The notes below the pieces were generated by a model, which was given only the letters and a program-made list of their open reading frames with translations, was not told the DNA's origin and did no database searches. A stretch of DNA of 64,000 nucleotides from Chloroflexia bacterium (lineage in GTDB: Bacteria > Chloroflexota > Chloroflexia > DTKN01). The position numbers and the translations under genes are program-made. Location: the NCBI GenBank assembly GCA_034436115.1, contig DAOTVY010000045.1:15072-79071 (forward strand), written 5' to 3'. Positions 56,201 through 62,515 of the stretch are shown here, piece after piece; positions within the stretch are counted from its first letter, which is position 1; each line of letters opens with the position of its first letter.

Positions 56201-56314
56201 CTGCTCCTTTCCTCTAACGACCGCATGGCCGGCTCCATCCGTGTCCCCGTCGTCCTGCGCATCTATCGCTATCGGATCTACCTCCCGCTCATCTACCGGG
56301 GACAGGCGCCCTAG
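50237..56314 (+). CDS. Secreted multidomain subtilase (peptidase S8), 2025 aa: signal peptide, I9-like propeptide, S8 catalytic domain, CarboxypepD_reg-like domains, two tandem MAM-like (choice-of-anchor J-like) domains, a 6-blade Kelch propeller, Ig-like domains, an unknown ~450-aa region, and a C-terminal RIYLPLIYR tail
   Basis: Catalytic triad motifs IDTGVEYTHP (Asp), HGTHTMGT (His), GTSMASPHSAG (Ser). Signal peptide MRVPKAVSILSLLVFLATLIPGVTSA. Kelch repeats (YVMGGGG, YLIGGDDD, YIVGGWN, YAIGGDAN, WSVGGYDG). AAAGGAGGAG RBS. Confidence 0.85.
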   Translation: MRVPKAVSILSLLVFLATLIPGVTSARTPPPPETPIPTSPGPPPEVDPQILTEMDLSANGTTGFFVRFRGRADLSAAAQIPDWKLRGRSVYEALRAVAERSQKRVRAFLDARGIPYRVFLTTNSIFVTGDKELLRELAAFPEVEAFRANYTHPLEPIERGAEVNAPVGPSWNIVLVGADRVWRDFGVRGDGITVANIDTGVEYTHPALFPNYKCGSGPHDDCWYDPSAICPPGQPCDNVGHGTHTMGTMVGDDDPTLSYNVGMAPNAQWIACKGCEDWSCSDFALNACADWILAPNGNPDHRPNVVNNSWGGGGCQDWYRTAVEAWRAAGIFPAFSAGNSGPGCGSLGSPGDYPESFASGASDADDQIAGFSSRGPSCWGEIKPEVAAPGVDVCSTVPGGGFECTGWSGTSMASPHSAGLVALLWSANLSLIGNIETTERLITSTAVCRTDLSCGGEECHNNVYGWGRIDAYAAVQLVVSQGYLEGYVRDESGTPLGGATILARRRTTTITGYTDPTGYYTMSLPAGTYTVTAALYGYAPQTVTGVEIITDTTTTQNFTLTAVPFYQVSGTVIDAGGGWPLYAQIAIQGDPISPPPPYDAIWTNPLDGSYSITLAAGITYTFHVRPWSKGYLEERRPVGPLTGNEVQNFALQVDAEACIAPGYRPNFAYYEDFEASDGDFKTLGSTSWAWGTPTSGPGSAHSGLNAWGTNLSGNYNNAEDGYLVSPPIDLSAYAGQGLYLSWWQWLQTEWCCDFASVEVSNDGGQTWRLIYGQAAGNVDLVWTRHWAFLDPSYAVADFRLRFRLYTDWSVTYPGFYIDDVGILPLPLTTVYSEDFEASNGGYTTRGNTSWEWGTPTSGPGSAHSGSNVWATNLEGNYGPNENGYLESPEIDLSAYAGQDLYLLWWQWLQTEYLFDYGSVEVSADGGATWQRVYGETSGNVDLAWRQRGAVLDPWFATEHFRLRFRLRSDRSVHFPGYYVDDVAIAVSPPVVLACNAQQGGLVLGNVYDLNNGTPLAGAWVVNDSRQMDLARYTPDPAEDDAFYLLFSPSGFHFFTATMAGGYRPDVELVEVPLGGVVRQDFQLAAGRLEASPHGLAVTLDMGLSTTLPLTLHNTGSAAAQFAARESDRGFVPAITSLPPSGEPFSAPAPVGPLSVRSAEGRAALSGMAHPLAWNGASPVPGGVVRYAHAQCPGEKDSFYVISGVDGSFRVTANTWRYDAQTDTWTPLAPLPAPQEGPIAVCDEGRIYVMGGGGTNQFYIYDIASDTWSAGPALPRNVWGAAAGVWNGRIYLIGGDDDFWFGGTSDRVDIYDIASGQWIGTGPSMPYPAFAMGFVQAGPYLYIVGGWNDNYPQNLDKTQRFNMENGTWEIGPTFTSARADMALAITSQYLYAIGGDANGGSPFDPSATVERLDWTAWPGGTWSEVGEPLPRAYTSNNAGYCTEARSGGEVWSVGGYDGGAIVGDTWYRPSEPCFSLDVPWLSVVPISGTVDVAGSLVLTVTFDAGVPEVDQPGNYYATLSFANDTPYGSVAVPVTLTVPAPASWGRLSGTVYSLGYCDAHTATLAAQILIESSSGQTWTVRTRQDGTYVRWLEAGTYTVTVSAPGHLPQTDVLALEAGQSVVHDVSLRLNQPCAILEPAAIEISLPYGTGTYTHPTGLTLFNRGAQELTFAFREFSGSLGLAGGTVEYLPEPHAGNPTALLHNGPIQGSLSRRPYVYHVPGVQQFNIIAYADDDQHVPTAVELALQGLGLPYTFYGYDPYGDNLGRFRDAVEQGGWDLVILAAETWSFVDASEYTAVQHHLELGGLAIVQSWAVGVDPAHQDHPLWALLGGQYAGWLNTPAPLYWWDDGHPLFNVPEQVPEFTDLNDLGYWAYGARMTLLGGPETGLGGFTEQPAEGQAGVILREDWTAIYKGLTDNLNSADRDADGKWDASEWWTNAVQFLLYPPSEVPWLWVDPISGTVQADSSVHVDLYVTGVLTEPLPVGTYTATLLLSSNDRMAGSIRVPVVLRIYRYRIYLPLIYRGQAP

Positions 56315-56472
56315 CGGGTGAGCAACAGACGGGAAAGCGCGCGGGGGTGGGCAACGCTCACCCCCGCGCACCCTTCCCGGGGTTGACCCTCCCGCCCGGG
56401 TGTAGTAGAATGTTCGGGCGAGAACAGCGCGTGCTTACGGGAGGGACCCCGCTTTCAGGGTCGGGCAACCAG

Positions 56473-57255
56473 ATGGATGCACCGGTAAGTGGATACCAGG
56501 TCGATCTGGGCATCTTCCAGGGCCCGCTAGACCTCCTCCTGCGCCTGATCGAGAAGGAGGAACTGGACATTACCCGGATTGCCCTGGCACGGGTGACCGA
56601 TCAATACCTGGCCTATGTGGCCCGGATGGCGCGCCGCGACCCTGCCGAGCTTTCCGCCTTTATCGTCGTGGCCGTCAAGCTGCTTTGGATCAAAGCCCAG
56701 GCACTTCTACCACAGCCCCCCCGTAGCGTGCCCGAAGAGGAAGACGAAGGGGAAATGCTCATCCGGCAGCTCCAGGAATACCGCCGCTACAAGGAAGCCG
56801 CGCGGCAGTTGCACGTCTGGCTGGAGGAAGGCCGGCAGGAGTTCGGCCGGCTCGCTCCGCCCCTCGTTCCCCCGCAGCCGGTTGTCATAGACGGTGCCAC
56901 CCAGGAAGCATTGATCCAGGCGCTGCGTCGACGCCTCGAGGAGTTGGGCGAGCAGGATCGGGCGCTGCCCCTGCCAGTCGTGCGCCAGGTCACCCTTGCC
57001 GAGCAGGCACGGCGCATCCACGCGCTCCTTCGCGAACAGGAGCGTGTGCCGTTCCAGGCATTGCTTCAGGCTGCACCGACACGGGAAGAAGTTGTGGTCA
57101 CGCTCTGGGCCGTGCTGGAGCTGTTCAAACGAGGCTGGGTCCTATTCGAACAGGAGGAACTCTTTGGACCGATCTTCCTCTCGCGTCGAAGCGACACCGC
57201 CCCCGAGTGGGACCAGAGAGACGCCTGGTGGGCCGAGCTGGAAGAACTGGGTTGA
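56473..57255 (+). CDS. scpA: Segregation and condensation protein A
   Basis: YQVDLGIFQGPLDLLLRLIEKEELDITRIALARVTDQYL is the ScpA signature. An alternative ATG lies at 56410. Confidence 0.75.
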   Translation: MDAPVSGYQVDLGIFQGPLDLLLRLIEKEELDITRIALARVTDQYLAYVARMARRDPAELSAFIVVAVKLLWIKAQALLPQPPRSVPEEEDEGEMLIRQLQEYRRYKEAARQLHVWLEEGRQEFGRLAPPLVPPQPVVIDGATQEALIQALRRRLEELGEQDRALPLPVVRQVTLAEQARRIHALLREQERVPFQALLQAAPTREEVVVTLWAVLELFKRGWVLFEQEELFGPIFLSRRSDTAPEWDQRDAWWAELEELG

Positions 57256-57757
57256 GGCGCTGCTCTTCGTCGCTCCCGGCCCGGTCACCGTGCGCGACCT
57301 GGCGCGTGCGCTGGAGCGGGAGGAGGAGGAGGTCGAAGCGGCCCTTGCGGAGTGGGCAGCGGCCCACGCCGAAGCAGGGGTGCGCTTGTTACGCCTGGAC
57401 GACCGAGTGCAGCTGGTGACGGCGCCCGAGGCGGCGCCCTATATCCGGCGTTTCCTGGGCCTGGAGCGCACCACACGCCTTTCTCCAGCCGCGCTGGAAA
57501 CGCTCGCCATCGTAGCCTATCGCCAGCCGATCACCCGCCCGGCGATCGAGGCGCTCCGGGGGGTAGATTGCGGAGGCGTGTTACAAACCCTGCTCCACCT
57601 GGGGCTGATCGAGGAACGGGGGCGGGCTTCGAGCCCCGGCCGGCCCATCCTGTATGGGACAACCCCGGACTTTCTGCGGCATTTTGGCTTGCGGAGCCTG
57701 GAAGAGCTTCCGCCTCTGGAGCTTCCAGAGAGCACGTCGGAGGCAAGACCGGGATGA
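57164..57757 (+). CDS. scpB: Segregation and condensation protein B
   Basis: VEALLFVAPGPVTVRDLARAL...LETLAIVAYRQPITRPAIEALRGV matches the ScpB winged-helix repeats. No ATG or GTG near the ScpA stop; inferred TTG at 57164 with AGGAGGA RBS, giving a 92-nt overlap. Confidence 0.6.
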   Translation: MDRSSSRVEATPPPSGTRETPGGPSWKNWVEALLFVAPGPVTVRDLARALEREEEEVEAALAEWAAAHAEAGVRLLRLDDRVQLVTAPEAAPYIRRFLGLERTTRLSPAALETLAIVAYRQPITRPAIEALRGVDCGGVLQTLLHLGLIEERGRASSPGRPILYGTTPDFLRHFGLRSLEELPPLELPESTSEARPG

Positions 57758-58094
57758 GCCGTGCGGCCACACCCCGGGTCCCTTCCGCAAGGCCGATACG
57801 GCCACCGGGACGGACGCACGGTCGTCCCAGGCAGGGATGCGCTTGCCTGGAGGACGAGGAGGGGCAGTCCCATGGGGCCTTCCTCAGGGAACAGCTCCGA
57901 TCACGGACACGTACGACCCAGGTGGCCTGGCTTGCGCCCGCTCGTTCGTCCAGTCACGCCGGGGGTAGCCGCCTACCAGGCAGCTTCCTTGCCCAGGGCC
58001 CCGAGGGATGCTATACTACACGGCGCCGGACAGAGCTGGCCAGCCAGAGGGACCAGGCCTGGATGAAGCGGCCAGGGCCAGAAGGAGGCCTACC

Positions 58095-58550
58095 TTGATC
58101 CACGGTGTGGAAGTGAAACCGCTGATCAAGCGCGCAGACGACCGCGGTTACCTGATGGAAATCCTTCGTGCGGACGAGCCGATCTTCCAGCAGTTCGGGC
58201 AGGTTTACGTCGCGCTGAATTACCCAGGAGTCATCCGCGCCTGGCATTGGCACGAGCACCAGGACGACTATTTCTGCGCGATCCAGGGGATGATCCAGGT
58301 ACCCCTTTACGACCTCCGAGAAGACTCGCCTACCTACGGCGAGCTGAACGAGTTCTTCTTGGGTGAGCACAACCCGATCCTGCTCAAGATCCCTGCTGGA
58401 GTTGCCCACGGGTACAAGACGCTGGGCGTCACGCCCTCCCTGTTGCTGAACTTCCCCACGCGCCCCTACAACCGCGAGCACCCGGACGAACAGCGCCTGC
58501 CCTGGAATACCGAGCGTATCCCCTACTCCTGGGAGACGCGCTTTCGCTAA
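58095..58550 (+). CDS. dTDP-4-dehydrorhamnose 3,5-epimerase-like cupin
   Basis: KPLIKRADDRGYLMEIL...IRAWHWHEHQDDYFCAIQGMIQVPLYDLR matches RmlC-family cupins. TTG start 7 nt after a GGAGG. Confidence 0.6.
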   Translation: MIHGVEVKPLIKRADDRGYLMEILRADEPIFQQFGQVYVALNYPGVIRAWHWHEHQDDYFCAIQGMIQVPLYDLREDSPTYGELNEFFLGEHNPILLKIPAGVAHGYKTLGVTPSLLLNFPTRPYNREHPDEQRLPWNTERIPYSWETRFR

Positions 58551-58575
58551 GCGGCCCGCGGCTACGCACCGCAGG

Positions 58576-60441
58576 ATGGGCACGATGGCCTCCAGAGAGG
58601 ATCTGCCATACCGACGGTCGATCTCGGGGGACCTCGCGGCCGCAACGGAAAAGCGGACCGCGCGCAGGCGCCTGCGGCGCACCACTCGCCGGGGGCACGG
58701 TTGGGTCTTTGCGCTCATCCCGCTGCTCCTGGCACTGGCGGTGTGGCTGGGCCTGCTGGGTGCGGAACGCCACTACCGTGGACGGATCCTGCCCAATGTC
58801 TATGTGGCCGGGGTGCCCTTGGGCGGCATGACCCCCGCGGAAGCCGAAGCCGCTCTGCGCCAGCGTTTCCAATCCTTCCAGGAGCGACCCCTGACTCTGA
58901 CCTTCGAGGGACGGGCCTGGTACCCAAGGGGGGATCAATTGGGCATCCAGGTGGCCTGGGACCAAGCGATCCAGGATGCTATGGCCGCGGGTCGGGAAGG
59001 GTCGCTCCTCGCACGCTGGTGGCAGCGCCGAAACCCCAACGCGCGATACGATCTCCTGCTGCCGGTTGTTTTCGACAGGAACGTGCTTTCGAGTTATCTG
59101 CAGGAGATGGCCCAGGAGCTCGACCTCCCCCCGCTGAACGCAGCGCTGACCGTGGAGGGCACAGAGGTGCGGGTCCGCCCCAGCCATCCCGGCCGCTCGC
59201 TACGGGTCGTTCCCACGATGGAGGCCATCGAGGTTGCGCTCCGGCAGCTCTCTTCGGAGCCGGTACCTCTGGTCGTGGAGAGCTTGCCCCCGGAAATCGA
59301 TGAACGGGCGGTCCAGGACGCGGTGGAGACTGCCCACAGGATGCTCGCCGGCCCCCTCCAGATCCGCGTGCGTGACAGGGAATGGCAACTCACGCCGGAG
59401 GAGATCGGACGCATGCTCCGCGTAGAGGCGCGCCAGGAAGGGTCGCGGAGGACGCTTGCGGTGGTGCTCGATCAGGAAGCCCTGCGCACCTATATGGCCC
59501 AGATCGCCGGGCAAGTGCTCGTATATCCCCGGAATGCGCATTTCCGCTTTGTGAACGACCATCTGGAGGTCGTCGACCCGGGCGCCTCGGGCTGGATGCT
59601 TCCCCTGGATGCGGCGATCGATCAGGTGAACGCCGCGGTTGTCTCTCCGAATCGGGAGGTTCGCCTCGAGCTCGTGGAAGTGCTCCCGGAAATCCGCCCC
59701 GAGGTGCTCGACCAGCTGGGCATTCGGGAACTGGTTGCTGTGGGGGAAAGCCACTTCGCTGGGTCGCGGCCCTACCGGGAACACAACATCGTCATCGGGG
59801 CGCGCATCCTGGATGGCACGCTCATCCCTCCTGGCGGGACGTTCTCCTTCCTTCAGGCGATCGGCCCGATCGACGAGAGCCAGGGCTTTGTCGAAGGCTA
59901 CTCGATCATCGCTGAGCGCACCGTGCGCAACGTCGGCGGGGGGATCTGCCAGGTCTCGACGACGGTGTTTCGCGCCGCGCTGCTGGCAGGCCTCCCGATC
60001 CTGGAGCGCCACCCGCATGCCTACCGCATCGGCTTTTACGAGCAGGGGTCCATCGCCGGCCTGGATGCGACGATTTTTGTGGGCACCGGGACCGACCTGA
60101 AGTTCGTGAACGACACGCCCGGCTACCTCCTGATGCAGTTCGAGGTGTACACGGACACCGATACGCTGTTGGTCTACCTCTACGGCACCAAACCCAACCG
60201 CGAGGTGCGCATCGAGGGCCCGGAGATGTCCAACTGGACTCCAGCCCCGACCACACCGGTGTGCGTGGAGAATCCCAACCTGGAGGAGGGAGTGGTGCGC
60301 CAGACGGACTGGGCCGTCGATGGGGTCGACGTGCGTGTTTACCGCACCATCCTGGTTAATGGAGAAGTGGTGTCACGCGAGGTCTTCTTCAGCCCCTACG
60401 CGGCCTGGCCGAACATCTACGAGAAGCGCAGTTGCCCATGA
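58576..60441 (+). CDS. VanW-family protein
   Basis: N-terminal TM anchor. C-terminal VanW domain (GICQVSTTVFRAALLAGL...YEQG...DATIF). Confidence 0.7.
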   Translation: MGTMASREDLPYRRSISGDLAAATEKRTARRRLRRTTRRGHGWVFALIPLLLALAVWLGLLGAERHYRGRILPNVYVAGVPLGGMTPAEAEAALRQRFQSFQERPLTLTFEGRAWYPRGDQLGIQVAWDQAIQDAMAAGREGSLLARWWQRRNPNARYDLLLPVVFDRNVLSSYLQEMAQELDLPPLNAALTVEGTEVRVRPSHPGRSLRVVPTMEAIEVALRQLSSEPVPLVVESLPPEIDERAVQDAVETAHRMLAGPLQIRVRDREWQLTPEEIGRMLRVEARQEGSRRTLAVVLDQEALRTYMAQIAGQVLVYPRNAHFRFVNDHLEVVDPGASGWMLPLDAAIDQVNAAVVSPNREVRLELVEVLPEIRPEVLDQLGIRELVAVGESHFAGSRPYREHNIVIGARILDGTLIPPGGTFSFLQAIGPIDESQGFVEGYSIIAERTVRNVGGGICQVSTTVFRAALLAGLPILERHPHAYRIGFYEQGSIAGLDATIFVGTGTDLKFVNDTPGYLLMQFEVYTDTDTLLVYLYGTKPNREVRIEGPEMSNWTPAPTTPVCVENPNLEEGVVRQTDWAVDGVDVRVYRTILVNGEVVSREVFFSPYAAWPNIYEKRSCP

Positions 60442-60531
60442 GTTGACGAAAGTCTGCCCTTATGCTATCATTCTCTGCGTAGGGTCGATCCCTACGCGGG
60501 TTGCGGCAGAGCATGGCACAAGGAGGAAACG

Positions 60532-61044
60532 ATCAGCGAGAGGCTGCGCATTAACACACGGATCAGGGCGCGGGAGGTACTGCTCATCGGAGCAGACGGC
60601 CGGCGCATCGGGGTCAAGCCGCTGCAGGAAGCCCTGAGCATCGCCGCCGCAGAAGGGATGGACCTGGTGGAGGTAGATCCCGTCGCCGAACCGCCGGTTT
60701 GCCGCCTGCTGGACTATGGAAAGTTCCGCTACGAGCAGGCCAAGAAAGAGCGGGCGGCGCGGAAGCGACAGCGAACGGTCGACATCAAAGAGGTGCGGCT
60801 CCGTCCCAAGATCGGCGAGCACGACCTGCAGATCAAAGTCCGGGCAGCGCGCCGCTTCTTGGAAGAAGGCAACCGGGTTAAGGTGACGCTGCGCTTCCGG
60901 GGGCGCGAATCGGCCCATACCGATATCGCAGAAGAGCTGCTCAAGCAGGTCGCCACGATGTTGGAGGACATCGCCGAGATCGAGGAGAGCCCTGCTTCCA
61001 CCGGGCGGGACATGACGATCCTCTTGACGCCGCGCAAGAAGTAG
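60532..61044 (+). CDS. infC: Translation initiation factor IF-3 with inferred non-canonical AUC start
   Basis: RINTRIRAREVLLIGADGRRIGVKPLQEALSIAAAEGMDLVEV...CRLLDYGKF...RFRGRE matches IF3 closely. The reading frame is open upstream of the first ATG, and AAGGAGG precedes an in-frame ATC by 5 nt. Confidence 0.8.
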   Translation: MSERLRINTRIRAREVLLIGADGRRIGVKPLQEALSIAAAEGMDLVEVDPVAEPPVCRLLDYGKFRYEQAKKERAARKRQRTVDIKEVRLRPKIGEHDLQIKVRAARRFLEEGNRVKVTLRFRGRESAHTDIAEELLKQVATMLEDIAEIEESPASTGRDMTILLTPRKK

Positions 61045-61148
61045 CACAGTCTCTCTGCACCGTCGCAAAGCACCGGACGATCCCGCTCCGCCGAGCCCCC
61101 GGAGCGGGCCAGGTCCGGCGAATTGGTGTGTGTTGAAGGAGGTTTCGG

Positions 61149-61508
61149 TTGCCAAGGGTCAAGCGGGGAATGATGGTCCGCCGGCGCCATGACAAGGTCC
61201 GCGAACAGGCGAAAGGCTTTCGCGGAGGCCGGCATCGTACCTTCAAGACGGCGCACGAAGCGGTGATGCGCTCGCATGCGCACGCCTATCGGGACCGCCG
61301 GAGGCGGAAAAGGGATCTGCGCCGCCTCTGGATCCTGCGGATCAACGCGGCAGCACGCCAGTTGGGCCTGACTTACGGTCGCCTGATCCACGGCCTGCGC
61401 CTGGCGGGGATCGATCTGGACCGAAAGGTCCTAGCCGACCTGGCAGTGAAGGATCCGGCAGCCTTTGCCCAGATCGCGGAGAAGGCCCAGGCCGCCGTCT
61501 CGGGTTAG
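61149..61508 (+). CDS. rplT: 50S ribosomal protein L20
   Basis: (M)[16 protein letters not shown]...[23 protein letters not shown] is unmistakable L20. TTG start with GGAGG RBS. Confidence 0.9.
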   Translation: MPRVKRGMMVRRRHDKVREQAKGFRGGRHRTFKTAHEAVMRSHAHAYRDRRRRKRDLRRLWILRINAAARQLGLTYGRLIHGLRLAGIDLDRKVLADLAVKDPAAFAQIAEKAQAAVSG

Positions 61509-61510
61509 GG

Positions 61511-62326
61511 ATGCCTGCCGCGATCACCAGTCTGGAAAACCCAAAGGTGCGCCTTCTCCGCTCGCTGCACCGCCGACGCAGGCGGTACAGCGAGCGGCTT
61601 TTTCTCCTGGAGGGGGTACGCCTGGTGGAAGAGGCGTTCCGGGCCGGGGTCGTTCCGACGCTTGCCCTGTACCTGCCGGAACGGCTCGAACAGACCCCAC
61701 GGGGTCGAGCGCTCCTGGAACGCCTTTCCGCGTTGGAGATGGCCTTTCCCACCACCCCGGCAATCCTGGACGCGATTGCCGACACCGTTACGCCCCAAGG
61801 AGTGGTTGCGGCCGCACCGCTTCCCGAGCCGCCCCCTCGCCCTGACGGGTTGATCCTGATCCTCGACCAGGTGCGGGACCCCGGAAACTGCGGGACGATC
61901 CTGCGCACTGCCGAAGCCGCCGGGGCGCAGCGGGTTCTTTGCGCTCCCGGAACCGTCGACCCGTTCGAGCCCAAGGCGGTACGAGCGGGCATGGGTGCCC
62001 ACTTCCACCTCCCCATTCGCCTGGCGTCCTGGGACGAGATCGTGGCCGCCTGCCAGGGCCTCCAGGTACTGCTGGCCGAGGTGCAAGGGGGTTGCCCCTA
62101 CGACCAGGTCGACTGGCGCCTTCCGACGGCCCTGATCGTCGGCGGAGAAGCCGAAGGGGCAAGCCATGAGGCAAAGCGTCTGGCGAGCGCCCTTGTATCC
62201 ATCCCGATGGCCGGTTCTGCCGACTCACTGAACGTCACTGTGGCTACCGGGATCCTCCTCTTCGAGGCGCTACGCCAGCGCCGCGCTGCATATCCACAAG
62301 TGCCCGGAACAACCCGGGACGGCTAG
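61511..62326 (+). CDS. TrmH/SpoU-family RNA methyltransferase
   Basis: LILDQVRDPGNCGTILRTAEAAG and SLNVTVATGILLFE SPOUT motifs. Starts 2 nt after the rplT stop. Confidence 0.7.
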   Translation: MPAAITSLENPKVRLLRSLHRRRRRYSERLFLLEGVRLVEEAFRAGVVPTLALYLPERLEQTPRGRALLERLSALEMAFPTTPAILDAIADTVTPQGVVAAAPLPEPPPRPDGLILILDQVRDPGNCGTILRTAEAAGAQRVLCAPGTVDPFEPKAVRAGMGAHFHLPIRLASWDEIVAACQGLQVLLAEVQGGCPYDQVDWRLPTALIVGGEAEGASHEAKRLASALVSIPMAGSADSLNVTVATGILLFEALRQRRAAYPQVPGTTRDG

Positions 62327-62515
62327 GCTTCCCCAGCCCTGGCGCCTACCCCGCATCGATCCCTCGGCCTTATGCCAAGCGGCTCGAGGCAAGCCCGCTG
62401 CCGGAAGTACGCCATTTTTCCCGCGTTTCGAGCGGGGAAAACCAGCGACACGCCGAATGGTCCGGAGCTCTCCCGGCGGTGCGAGAGCGCTTTCGCACCA
62501 GCCCCTCATCCAGGG

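Noticed and set aside
62436-62464. Hairpin TTTTCCCGC-gtttcgag-GCGGGGAAAA between the convergent trmH-family and M14 genes, considered as a bidirectional terminator
   Set aside because: T-tract precedes and A-tract follows the stem on both strands, the wrong orientation for an intrinsic terminator in either direction. May still be a structured 3' end.
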